Shown: piece after piece, positions 39,111-52,140 of the stretch | Layout of the letters: each line of letters opens with the position of its first letter | Numbering within the stretch: the stretch's first letter is position 1 | NCBI GenBank assembly: GCA_965644265.1 | Contig: OZ286476.1 | Location: 46,872,001 to 46,936,000 of the forward strand | Direction of reading: 5' to 3' | DNA: 64,000 nt | Source of the DNA: Glycera tridactyla | Lineage: Eukaryota | Made by a program: the position numbers and the translations under genes | Notes under the pieces: generated by a model | What the model was told of the DNA's origin: nothing | Database searches by the model: none | What the model saw: only the letters and a program-made list of their open reading frames with translations

Positions 39111-40140
39111 GATTCTCTGTTTGCAGATCCTGCCAGATTCAGAGGTGCACACGTATGCTGCCACGTTACCTAATAAAGATGATTCTCTGTTTGCAGATCC
39201 TGCCAGATTCAGAGGTGCACACGTATGCTGCCACATTACCTAAAGATGATTCTCTGTTTGCAGATCCTGCCAGATTCAGAGGTGCACACGTATGCTGCCA
39301 CGTTACCTAATAAAGATGATTCTCTGTTTGCAGATCCTGCCAGATTCAGAGGTGCACACGTATGCTGCCACATTACCTAAAGATGATTCTCTGTTTGCAG
39401 ATCCTGCCAGATTCAGAGGTGCACACGTATGCTGCCACATTACCTAAAGATGATTCTCTGTTTGCAGATCCTGCCAGATTCGGAGGTGCACACGTATGCT
39501 GCCACATTACCTAAAGATGATTCTCTGTTTGCAGATCCTGCCAGATTCGGAGGTGCACACGTATGCTGCCACATTACCTAAAGATGATTCTCTGTTTGCA
39601 GATCCTGCCAGATTCGGAGGTGCACACGTATGCTGCCACGTTACCTAATAAAGATGATTCTCTGTTTGCAGATCCTGCCAGATTCGGAGGTGCACACGTA
39701 TGCTGCCACGTTACCTAATAAAGATGATTCTCTGTTTGCAGATCCTGCCAGATTCGGAGGTGCACACGTATGCTGCCACATTACCTAAAGATGATTCTCT
39801 GTTTGCAGATCCTGCCAGATTCGGAGGTGCACACGTATGCTGCCATGTTACCTAATAAAGATGATTCTCTGTTTGCAGATCCTGCCAGATTCGGAGGTGC
39901 ACACGTATGCTGCCACATTACCTAAAGATGATTCTCTGTTTGCAGATCCTGCCAGATTCGGAGGTGCACACGTATGCTGCCATGTTACCTAAAGATGATT
40001 CTCTGTTTGCAGATCCTGCCAGATTCAGAGGTGCACACGTATGCCGCCACATTACCTGATAAAGATGATTCTCTGTTTGCAGATCCTGCCAGATTCGGAG
40101 GTGCACACGTATGCTGCCACGTTACGTAATAACGATGAGC
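39111..40140 (+). repeat. Tandem array of 67/70-bp units: 14 full copies plus the true exon start, each holding the hyccin exon-2 acceptor and 5' exon sequence
   Basis: Unit gattctctgtttgcag-ATCCTGCCAGATTC(A/G)GAGGTGCACACGTATGCTGCCAC(G/A)TTACCTAA(TAA)AGAT. Unit starts at 39111, 39181, 39248, 39318, 39385, 39452, 39519, 39586, 39656, 39726, 39793, 39863, 39930, 39997, 40067. Confidence 0.95.
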
Positions 40141-40187
40141 TCATCAACGCCCTCTACAAACTGTTTGAGGAGGATCTCAGCCAAGAG
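40083..40187 (+). CDS. HYCC1/FAM126: Hyccin/FAM126 coding exon 2 (ILPDSEVHTYAATLRNNDELINALYKLFEEDLSQE)
   Basis: Acceptor tctctgtttgcag, donor GAG|GTGGGT, 105 nt, phase 0-0. Aligns with the recalled human [34 protein letters not shown]. Confidence 0.85.
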
Positions 40188-41684
40188 GTGGGTGTTAATG
40201 TTCGACAATAGGCCATGAAAATATGATATGAAACTGAGTGTATAGTGACTGAGAACATTTTATACAGATTGATGCATACACTTTCTGAGTATGGTTTTCA
40301 CCACAGTTAATGAGCATACTCTTGTATTTACAGTCCCTGTACATTGATGTGCTCTAGGCTAAGGGTTGCTCAACCAGCACAAACTCATCAATGTTTTGTT
40401 GGGGCAGGTAGTTTTATCAGTGTGCCTGCCTGATGGGCAGGTACTTGGATATTATACGATCCATGCTTATTTGCTGTAGGATAGGTGAAAATGTCTGGGA
40501 CTTGTCTCACTAATGTTGCTGGAAATGGAATTTCGGAATTCAGATCTAAAAGATATCNNNNNNNNNNNNNNNNNNNNNNNNNNNNNNNNNNNNNNNNNNN
40601 NNNNNNNNNNNNNNNNNNNNNNNNNNNNNNNNNNNNNNNNNNNNNNNNNNNNNNNNNNNNNNNNNNNNNNNNNNNNNNNNNNNNNNNNNNNNNNNNNNNN
40701 NNNNNNNNNNNNNNNNNNNNNNNNNNNNNNNNNNNNNNNNNNNNNNNNNNGTCTGTCTGTCTGCTCATCCATTGATCCATCCATCTGTGCATCTTCCTAT
40801 GTCAAATTGGAACAGGAGAGCTATATAGCTCCAGTGATTGGAGATGAAGGCTCAAAATTTATCATTTCTCCCAGTGGGCTGGCAACCATCTTTGGAACTG
40901 GAAAATGTCCCAATGATTCAAATTCCAGAGCTTCTTTTTCCTAGTTCCTCAGAAGATCTGATACTCTGAAAAATAGCTTGGGACAGTTGTCTCATTCACC
41001 TCCCTACTCAGAAATTTTGCTGCGTTCAGATGACAGTTGATTGGTGTAAGCTGTGAATTGATGGGATGATAAGGTGGATGGCTGGTGCCGTGAGTGCGGG
41101 AATGTTACCTGCCCTGAAGCCTGGCAGACACAGGTGAAAACCCCCGGCAGCGGAAATCAACCATTAGTGAATGGAAAAAAGATTTCTCAATAGCAGTGTG
41201 GCACCAACGCCATAAATGCATTTGTTGTGTTTGCTTGAATGGTGATCAAAGATATTTATCCTTTTTGATCGGGACGCGTCACAAATCACCTTCGAATGAC
41301 ATGGTTTTCTATCAACAGCTTCGGAAGCTTGCTCTTTACCAGAAACGATGGATCTGGATTCCCTCATCTGTTTGACAGTCGGATTACGGATAATGAGAGA
41401 TAATCCTTTTTGTCAGACGGTTTTTATGTCATTCGTAGTGGTACCCATTGTAAGATTTCACTGAAAACTCCCTGGCCGTTGATTATACAGTGAAACCTGT
41501 GATGAGAAACCACCCGAAATGTCACCAGAAAGTACTCTCTCAAAAGAGATGATCTCTTGTCGAAGGTATTGACCATGTTGGAAAGGGAAGCTGTCATATA
41601 GAAGGGGTCTCACTGTGTACGTCAAAATTCATCACTAGTATGATATATTTGTAAATATTTTGTTCTTGGCTCTAAGACCATCCA

Positions 41685-41861
41685 TGATGAACGTAACTTG
41701 ACCTACTTTGGAATGATTTGTTGAGACGTTTTGACCACTCTGCGAGCAGTCTTGATCCAAGCTCACTAATCCATCACGTGATCAAGACTGCTAGCAGAGT
41801 GGTCGAAACATCGTGAATCATCTCAACAAATCATTCAAAGTAGGTTAATCTACGTTCATCA
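41685..41861. mobile_element. Palindromic (foldback) MITE
   Basis: Long imperfect inverted arms tgatgaacgta...tacgttcatca; partial relative near 9630-9720. Confidence 0.7.
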
Positions 41862-41906
41862 AGTATGATGTAGTTCATAATTCCTGGAACCTGATGAGAT
41901 ATTCTC

Positions 41907-43511
41907 TAGGCCTTGGATTTTTCCATTTTAAAAAATGGCCAATTCTGTGTTATTTTTTGGCACATTCTGCGAAACACAGAATTTCTGCATTTTTCCGCAG
42001 CGCCGGCGCCAAAATCAGTAAAATTCTGCAAATTCCATCATAGTAACGTTAAAAATTGTAGAAAATAGCCAAATTCTGTGAATTCCATGCACTGCAGGGC
42101 TACTCACAATCAAATTCTGTGTTATTTTTTTGAGGCCAATTCCGTTTTATCACGGGGAAAATCCGTGCTGTTTTTACGGAATAAGATGAATTCAGTGTTA
42201 TCCGTTTTGCAGAGATTTCTGCTTATTCTGCATTTTTCGCGACCAGCGACCGCGAAACCTCCATTATTCTGTGTTTTTCGTGTTTGATGCCAAGATGATT
42301 AAACCGTTACTGCATATACACCAGTGTCGCGATGAGCATCAATGTACGTGCACCAGCTTGCCATGACAGGGCTTGCCCTATTGCCCGGGGCAAGTAAAAT
42401 TGGTGTTTGGGCAAGTGCTTGTCCCGGCCTCATCTCGATGGCAAAAATGACCCAAGAACTAACCAAAATCTGTGAAAAAACATTCGATAGATGTATTCCT
42501 TACGTTCTTTTTGTGTGGGGGCAAAGGATAAAATATGAAAATACGACGAATATTCGCCAAATGAGAGCCGGATAAGAGTGGAATCACCCAGCCCCGATCT
42601 AGAGTGTCAATCCCGAATTCTCTATGATGACTTTCATGTGGAATTTCTGCCATCTTGCCGAGAAATCTGGTCGAAACTGCATGAATCATATAGTGTTATA
42701 TTCAAAAGAACATCCTTTACACAATTGTGTAGACAGCATGTCGATATATCAGATAGTTTCTTCACAAATTGAAGCGCAAGTTGCCGGCCGGCTTTGACAA
42801 CTAGGATGCCAGACTGCGTCTCAAACAGGTGTTCCACAAATCGCATTTCAAAGCTAATTTAACCAAGAAATATTGAGGTCACAGTAGAAACGATCGTATG
42901 AATGAACTACGGGATATCCGATTGTGTTATATCCATGCAATGAATTACTTAAATCCGTTGAATATTCGCCAGAAACAGTGGAGTTGTCAAAAGCGGCAGC
43001 TTAATCTCTGAGCGCAGCCATGTTGGATCTGGCCTTCTTCCTGGAGCAAGTTTGGTGACAATTTTCGACAATTTTGCGTTTGACTCATCCAATTGTTGAC
43101 AATTTGTCGACAATATGACGAGTCGAATGCAAGATTGTCGACAATTGTCACCCAGCCGAACTAGGCCCTGGCTTTTATTTGGCGGGAAATTTGAACCTCG
43201 TTCAAGACGTGATCTCAGGGCGAGACTTGAGGCGAGATGTCAACATCAAAGATGGCGGCACCGGTTGAAGAAATATACGCATGTAGACGACTTTCGAAAT
43301 TCCGCTTTTACTGTGTTTATTCGCTGTGAATTCGGTGTTAATTCTGATTCATTCTGCATCCTCCTACATGAATCTTTTCCGTTTTATCGATTTTTCGCCG
43401 TGGTATAATGTCAAATTCTGCGAATTCCGCTTTTTCACTCAATTCCGTGTTCTATGGCCCATTCTGCGAATTCCGCCGTGATGCAGATAACACGGAAAAG
43501 TCCAAGGCCTA
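41907..43511. mobile_element. hAT-like element with 6-bp TSD, subterminal AATTC(T/C)G repeats and nested or captured interior
   Basis: TIR TAGGCCTTGGA/TCCAAGGCCTA; TSD ATTCTC; many aattctg/aattccg motifs near both ends. Confidence 0.75.
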
Positions 43512-45318
43512 ATTCTCTCTGAAATCCTGATTTTCAGTCATCTTTTCATTATGTTGTAGCTGGGGTGAGGTATTGTTGTCTTTCAAAATGAAAAATCCTC
43601 AGTTGTGACTAGCTTTCTCTGGAGACAAAGGTATTCTCGAGAAGAACAGACATTTCATTTTTGATAAGTAGACAATTGTCTCCTCCCAACTCAATGTTTT
43701 ATGCTTTGATGCTCTTCATCCTGGTATCCATGATTGTTCCACATGTTATAATAAATAAAAGTCGTTCAATCCAACCCCGTCAAACAATCAACATCATTCA
43801 GGATTCAGTTGGATATGATCACCTGGTTGGACCAGCAGCAGTGCATTCTGGGTCTGTTGAGATTGGTGTACAGATTTCAGTTCCATCACCCACCACCAGT
43901 CTCTGTTGGCATCATTTGTTGGATAATTGTAAATCAAGGTGCGCTTCGATTGTTTTGAGCAGGTGGCCGCTCAGTACCGACTGGTAAGCGAAGAAACATT
44001 TGTCGCACCAGAATGTAGTTTTTGGATGTTTGCATGCAGTCACTCTGCAAGACAATGCCGAACAAGTCTCACAATGCGGGATCGAGGGGGGGGGGGGGGG
44101 GGGTGCAGAGGGGGCAGAGCTTCAGATCTTCTAAGTGGATGGTGGCCCATAAACTAAAAATATCATCCCCCCCCCCCCACATAAAACCATGGGTCATCTC
44201 TTCATCAGTGGCTAATATGAACAAAATAAGCTGGGTCAGTTGACCCATAGTAGGAGATATTGATGGGTCAAAATGGGGAAAACAAGCCATGGGCCTAGGC
44301 CTACCAACAATCTGAACCTCCGAAGAGGACCTCCAGTGGTGTTGGGAATCATTTAATCAGAATCTAATTTGGTTGAGCAATTGTAGTTGCTGGTAAGTCA
44401 AGACTCAAAGAAGTGATTTTGAGACGTGGAGTTATGAGTTACACTGTAAAACGACTCACCAGATATTGGAGAGAGAAAGATGAATCTCTATAAAAACCTT
44501 GCTTCTGTTGCATCAAAAAGTGGCCTTTATGGGGATGTGGTCTTTATAGAGAGGTCCTCAACTGTTGAGATTACTACCACACTTGCAGCTCAGGGTGGCC
44601 TTTATAGGAGGTGTTCCTTAGAGCAGGTTTGACTGTGTTTAAGAGAATCGTGACTGGGTCATGATTAATTTCGAAAAAAATCCATTTAACAATGAGAATT
44701 ATCATGCTAAAAACTGAATGCAATAAAATGGACTCCAACAAAGTTGAATCAAAACCCAATTTGATTGACCAAATTGATTTTTGAGCAAATTAACTTCAAG
44801 GATTGTAACAGTTGGAATATTCTTTTTCCAGTTAGTGATTTCAAGCTACTCTTGCTGTGCCCAATGAGGTATGAATATGCAAAATTCCATCTCCAATGTT
44901 AGGCATACCTGTTCGGTCTGTCATCATTTGCAAAAAACGCTGGTGCAACCAACTTAGTATGTGACACTTCTGTTTCATGATGACACCTTGACACCAAAGT
45001 TCGGAGTCTCCTTGGTTTATGATGAGAAGCTCAGTAATTCCAAGTACTTGCCTAAGTTGGAGGACACCAGAACTTTGGTGAAACATTATCTGCGTGATCT
45101 CGGAGTGTCGGTCGAGGTCGAGCATACGTACCCTCTGGTGGTGTGAATACAGATGCTTGAAGATCAGGCTGAATGCTTTCTTCTCCTGTAGGCAAAGACA
45201 AAACTACCAACACTCGTCCTTTTCATCGAATATCAGTCAAAATCACACTGATTCATCATCATTCATTGTTTGTTAGCTATGGGTACAGTGAAACAAGCAG
45301 CAAGAGAACTCCCAAGTA

Positions 45319-45495
45319 CAGTCAAACCTGTCTATAAAGACCGCCTTCTGTCGCATCTAAAAGCGGTCTTTATGGGCAGGTGGTCTTTATAGCGAAGTCA
45401 TTTACTGTTGAAAATACTACCACAGTTGCAGCTTGGGCGGTCTTTATAGAGAGGTGGACTTTATAGATAGGTGGTCTTTAGAGCAGGTTCGACTG
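45319..45495. mobile_element. MITE family B
   Basis: TIRs and internal repeats. Confidence 0.85.
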
Positions 45496-45833
45496 GCCCT
45501 TGACCGGATTCTCCAATGCATTCACCCCGGCCGGAGAGAACACCCTAGGCCAATTCAGGCCACCCCAAACCATGATGGTGTATTTCAAAGGCCACCTGTC
45601 TGCATAGACCACTCTTTGGTCCAACCAAGGGTGGTCTTTTTGGACAGGTGGTCTTTGTGTAGAGGTTGGTCACTGTAGAAATACTTTGAAATTATCATGG
45701 CCACAGTCCAAAATGCCTTCATAGACAGATGACCTTTGTATAGAGGTGGTCTCTCAAGCAGGTTTGACTTTACCTATGCTGAGAGACTTCCTCTGTTGAG
45801 AAATCATAACTGTTGCTATTGATTGATTGACTA

Positions 45834-45870
<37 letters not shown>

Positions 45871-48077
45871 GCACTCTCGTCATGACATACAGTATCACCT
45901 GATGGCTATTTCTCTATGTATGATTCTCAGATCATGGTCTATACATGCAGTCAAAAATGATGCCGATTTTACAAAAAATATTCAAATATTTCCAAAAATT
46001 GAATGAAAAATCTAAAGTGAGATATTGCTGGATTTGGTTGGAAAGTTCTGAAACAGCTCCTTGTACTTTTGAGAATGTGTTTGAGGTACGATTCTCCAAG
46101 AATGTTGCACCATTTCATTGGCATCATACTAGATATTAGTCTGCATATTGAAGGGTGAAAGTTCATGTCACTCACAGTGCTGTTACAAAACACCTTGAGC
46201 TTTCATGAATCATCTCACTCCTTCTGTTAGTTTTGATGTCTTGCATGATAGGATTGAAAGACACATGTAAGAGTTTCGTAATTGCTTAGAATCTTCACAG
46301 CCAGCTCCGTTTTATCACCAATGATAGCAGGCATCATGCAGAGGGCGTGGGTAAACTTTGTCAAATCCAAATGTGACGCGCATGTTTCACGCGAATATAT
46401 CGTCATTTCTCACTCGATCTGAGTTTCGATGGCACAAATTGTTTATATTATACTTCGCGCGATCATTGAAGCTGGTTTCAGATACCCTGCTTGCTTTTGA
46501 AGAGGATCCACTCACATTTTATTACAATTTCTGCCATTATCGGCTGATCTTCTGTATGTGAATTGATGGAGATACTTCCGCTGCACTCACCATAAAACCA
46601 GCATGAAATCAACATATTTGGTGTGCTATGTTGAAATATACAAGGGAACTTCATCAAGATTATATTTCCAGTCACTGGACATATAAAAATGTCTGTCACT
46701 CACTTTTATTTCAATCTGAAGTGAATTTGCGATGCGAGGGCATGTACCAGCCACAGTTGGGCTTGATAGACTTTAGTGAGTGTGGTTGCTGGCTCCCTCA
46801 GCTCTCCATCACTGGTCACTGGTACACCTTTGTAGATTGCATCCCACTTGTCACCCACACTAGAGGATGAACTTGTAGATTCTCAAATCAATGCTATTGA
46901 ACCTGTCTACATAGACCACCCTTGGTTGAATTGAAAAGTTGTTTTTGTAGAAAGCTTCTTTTCTTTGAAATGTACTATAAAGGTTGCAGATTTTAGACAA
47001 TGAACTAGAGGGGCCACATTGGATTTTCAATTTTACACATTTTCAGCGACTTCGAGCAAAATTAATCAACATAAGTTGGCCAAAAACGTGGGCTAAGTTA
47101 GCAATACTAGTTGGCCAGGTTGTGGCTCTGTCGTGAACTCAGATGCTGGTTGTAAGGGTTGAGGTGGGGGTGGGGGTGGGGTGGGTGGGGGTGGAGTCCG
47201 TGGGAAATCAGAAGCTGGTGAACAAATGTGATGGTGGCTGCAATATCACCCATATTCATTCGATACTTCTGATTTCTGGAGAAGATAGATGCTTGATATC
47301 ATCCATGCACATTCCACCCTCTTCTACCGTACAACTGCCCTCTCTCTCCCCTATTTTATTATGAGGTTGAGCCGAGGTTTATGATTTGTGAGATGGTGAG
47401 ATAATGGTGGGGATGATTGGAAGTGAGGGAGTGATGTTTATGAATGCAGTAATGAGAATGGGATAAATCCAATTGTATGACAGAAGCAGCGGCCGATATG
47501 ATGAATGATGCCATTACGCCATCATCTCGTGGGGNNNNNNNNNNNNNNNNNNNNNNNNNNNNNNNNNNNNNNNNNNNNNNNNNNNNNNNNNNNNNNNNNN
47601 NNNNNNNNNNNNNNNNNNNNNNNNNNNNNNNNNNNNNNNNNNNNNNNNNNNNNNNNNNNNNNNNNNNNNNNNNNNNNNNNNNNNNNNNNNGGATTGCATC
47701 TCTATCAGTCTGATTATGTCAGTGTGCATGTATGGTTATGACCGACTGTGCTATACAGTGAAATTTGCTGTTGGGTTTGCTGTATGTCACCCCAAAATGG
47801 TCCTTCAAAAGATGTGGTCTCTCATCAGAGGTATATTTCACCGTGTCTGATAAAAATGGGAAAATGTAAACATATCTCTTGTAAGTGGTCTCTCATCAGA
47901 TTTGACTGTATGTATCCCATTCTCAATCTGGTTATTTCTTCAGTTAGAATAGCTGTGAACTGATATACAGTCAAACATGCTCTAAGAAGCCACCTGTCAG
48001 GAAGACAAAAAGAGGCTGATAACAGCAGGTGGCTGTTCAGTATGGTGACTGCTCATGACAGGTTAGACTGTGTGGTA

Positions 48078-48252
48078 CAGTGAGACCTGCAATGAGACCA
48101 CCCTACATGACACCAAAAAGTGGTCTCTCAAAAGAGGTGGTCTCTCGTCGGAGTTATATTTGACTATGTCAAATAGAAAAGCTTCCCTGGAAAAGTGATC
48201 TCCTGTCAGAGGTAGCCTCTCATTGGAGGGTCTCTCGTCGCAGGTTTCACTG
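48078..48252. mobile_element. MITE family A
   Basis: TA-CAGTGAGACCTG...CAGGTTTCACTG-TA. Confidence 0.9.
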
Positions 48253-49339
48253 TATTTATATATTGATGTGAATCAGAAGTGGTGGCTGAGTTAGAAATAT
48301 AGGCTAGATTAGAAGTCTGAAGATGATTGGCAGGTTAGTTATATGCTCGATCTTCTCTCATCACCATCCACACACTTGATGGAGCTAACCATGACATGAT
48401 TCATTTCTCCAATTTTTACCGTTTTTCCTTCCTCAGTAGATGTTGCATCCATCAGATTGGCTTGGCCGACAGTGATGTATGAATCGATTGATTAATCCAA
48501 TTGCATTACTTTCCCTGTGAACCATTCATGGATTATATATGTGTGGTGTAGACAAAGCAAAAACGTCCTACATCAATTTTTGCTGGAAAGTCAGGACAGA
48601 ATCCCAGTGAAGAAATATATCTACAGGCTCATGCACAAATATCAATCATGATTTTGACTTATTTGCCTTCATCAAAATGAGAGTGACTGCTCATTAGAAA
48701 TCCCCAGACCATCTGAAAGGAGAAGCTATGATTGCCAGTTATTTGATACAATCCAGGTGTATCAGCAGAATCAGTATAATTAGGGATTGAATTGTACTTC
48801 ATGTCATGATGGCACTAATCTTCGTTGAGGTCGTTTTTCAACAGTTTAGCTGCTATGTGAGCAGCAGTATCGATTTCCGAAACTACTGAAGTCATATAAA
48901 TCGAATTCTTATCACAGGTGTCCAGTTCATGATGCAGCTCCTGGTAGTACATGTATTGAGACGATTCGTTCAGAAATCAATTTAATGATCAAATTGGGTT
49001 TTCTACTGATCAGTGTTACTTTATCAGAATCGATTTTTCTGTTTCCATTTTCAGCAGGACAGAACTGGTTATTAGGTATATTTTTCCTAGAATGATCAAG
49101 TCCTAGTGATTATTTTTCAAGATTTTTTCATTTATCTTCCACTCTCCAGCATCTTTTTACTGATGAACTTGTGCCTTCTCACTCCCCAAGTCATGTCAGT
49201 CACTGTCCTCCATGCGTCAAATATGTCTCCTTCAAGAATTGACTGAATATTGATTATAATAGATCAATCAATTGAAATTAAACCCAATTGATTGATTCTC
49301 AAAATAGGTAGCGATTCCTAACCCTAGCTCCTGGGTTAG

Positions 49340-49540
<201 letters not shown>

Positions 49541-50709
49541 TAAAGCTCATCAACAGATGAGACAGCATACCTGGTGAAAGTAGATTCTCGGCACTCAGAG
49601 TAAGGAAGCTTTCACAATACATTTGAATCCTTTCATCAGCCATTGATGAACATGATCTTCAGAAGGAATCAAGTGACCTCCTGGCGGAGGTGTGTTCATG
49701 TGATGAGATCTCCTGAGGGAGTGTCGGCCCTGGTCCCGATTGAGGGTTGGCTGTCTTCTGGTGATGTGCATGGACTCAAAACTCAGACAGCAGACATCTT
49801 TTGTCTTCACCACCATTTAGATTCATATAAAGTCAAACCTCCTCCAAAGTCCACCTCTCTCTTGAGACCACCTCTACAAAGGCCACCCAGAGCTGTGAGG
49901 GGGTAGTATTTTCAACAGTGAATGACCTCTCTATAAAGACCACCTCCCTATAGAGGCCACATTTTATGTGACCAAAGGCGGTCTTTATAGACTGTAGCAT
50001 ATTTTGGTGACTGGCAACTCCAGTAATTCAAATTGAATTGATACCTTTATTTTATTTTTCTGACCAATACACGGGGACTTGTTTTTCACTTTTGCGAGAC
50101 AGTGCCAATCTGGCCTGACTTTGGAATCCATCCACTCTGTTATCACCTGGGAAGTCTATATTTTCCTCAGTTCTAATTCTTGTGGGAAGTAGTCAATGTA
50201 ATATTAAATGCTGAACTTGCAATGAGTGCATCAAACATCTCAGCAAAAGACATCAACCAACGTTCATTTCTTGCAAGTATTCTATCTCCGTCCTTACGCC
50301 ATGTTGTGCCAAAATTATTGCTTGGACATTTGGACAGAAAACTCATTAGGTCTTCCGGCATGATAAATCGTAACGGACTCAGCATGCCTGTGCTTCTAGT
50401 GGCGCCATCTATTTTGACGTCATTGTGATGAGAAACTGTCAATGCCGGTTATGCATCAGCTGCTCGGACAGGAGAAATGATCGTTGGACGAGCTGGTGGT
50501 AGTTTATCAAGAAACCTTAGGAAATACAACAGTTGGCCCAGTTGGTAGCAAAAGCTGCCCAGGAAATCAAACATAGGCCAGCTAGTAGCAATTTAGGTGG
50601 CCAATGAAGGATTTGTTTTGCTGCGATGGCTGATATCTGATATTTTTATGTTGGAGCTTGCACTTCTTTGCCTCTTTGATGGCAGTCATCCGTGCCTTGC
50701 TTACAGCTG

Positions 50710-50848
50710 CAGGGGTTGAACTACCAGCCCTACCCCACCAGGTTGAACTACCAGCCCTACCCCACCAGGTTGAACTACCAGCCCTACCCCACCAGGTTGA
50801 TCTACCAGCCCTACCCCAACAGGTTCAACTACCAGCCCTACCGCACCA
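50710..50848. repeat. 27-bp minisatellite, about 5 copies
   Basis: caggttgaactaccagccctaccccac repeated; explains the ELPALPHQV and YQPYPTRLN ORFs. Confidence 0.9.
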
Positions 50849-52140
50849 CCTCCTCATCCATGTCTGGACTTGCTTGCGCTAGCTTTATTCAGTGGTGCCA
50901 ATTTTCCGAAAATTTTCGGAAATCCGAAAATTGGGTGAAAAATATTAATTTCAGAAATGGCTAAAATCTGGATGGGAGTTTCAGAGCAAATACTTTTGAT
51001 ATGTGAGGGTAGTTTCAGAAAATGTTTCCATATTTCTGAAAATTTAGCTTCATCTCATTGACATCACTGTTTATTAGATCATACAGATCTCTAGTCAAAG
51101 GTATGATTTACTGTGGTAGATAGAAGGTAGCAGTAGTCTTTGACGATTGGTGGTCTGCTTTAGCACTAACCATTAGCCACTTAGCCAGGGTCTAAAGACA
51201 CTGAGAAAACTATAGGCATTGACTAAAAGGAGTTAGGTTGAGTCAGATGAGAGCTAGGATTATATCCTCTCTTATCACTGTTACAGTCATGATAGATCAG
51301 AGTTTTATGTATGATTTGGCTGCTAAAAACTGATCTGTCACATCTGCCACTCAATAGACCCGATGGAAATGAAGGTAGTGGTGAAATTAAAGTCATCTCA
51401 TGCTTCTGGCTAAAGGATAAATGATTTGGCTAAAAATGAAACAGCTGCTTTAGCCAAATTTGCTATAGGGAATATTTGTCTAGTGCTGACCCAGATGATC
51501 CTTCATCAGAGAGAGGCGTTCAAAAATGATCCTTTCAATATCGGAGACTGTTCTCCTGGGAGACTCTTGTCATAAGACAAACTTGATTTTGATGGGCCCT
51601 GTTGTTAAACTCTCCACTCATAAAGGGTCATGTTATATTAGCCGGACTGCAGCGCCCTCTCTCCTTTAAACTCTTGTTGTCGGTAACGAAAATGATTTCA
51701 GTTAAAGACTCACCTGATAGGTAAGCCTGGTTTAACTTTCCATTTTTTGGAGAGAGCTAGGGCTATATCTTGTTGTAGGTTTCACTGTACTACATGATTT
51801 ATATCCATCGTTACTCAATGATTATTGGGATATGGTGAATGTGCTTCTTTCGACCTCATATTTAGGTCTGAAATGAAAACTATTACATAGATATAAATTG
51901 TCCTTGTTCATTCTAGAATTTACATATACATCAAAACCTGCAATAAGAGATTTGTGTAAATGTCACCAAATATAATCTCTCCGAAGAGTTGTCTCTCCCT
52001 TGAGGTATATTTGACTCTGTCTAAAAGAAAGTGTGTCCCAAAGACATGGTCTCCTGTTGGCTCTGTCACCTTTATTGCCCAACAGTTGGATTGCATTCTA
52101 GCAGCTTTCTACATTTATTCATAGATTGTCAGATTTATCA

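Noticed and set aside
39111-40140. CRISPR-like array
   Set aside because: Units are contiguous near-identical repeats with no unique spacers, derive from a eukaryotic exon boundary, and have no cas genes nearby.
47155-47195. G-quadruplex-prone GGGGT repeats (also ~31205-31230 and ~58670-58692)
   Set aside because: Common low-complexity sequence with no specific context.
50173-50442. ORFs open on both strands (89 aa -, 82 aa +)
   Set aside because: Short, no recognisable family, no consistent splice signals.
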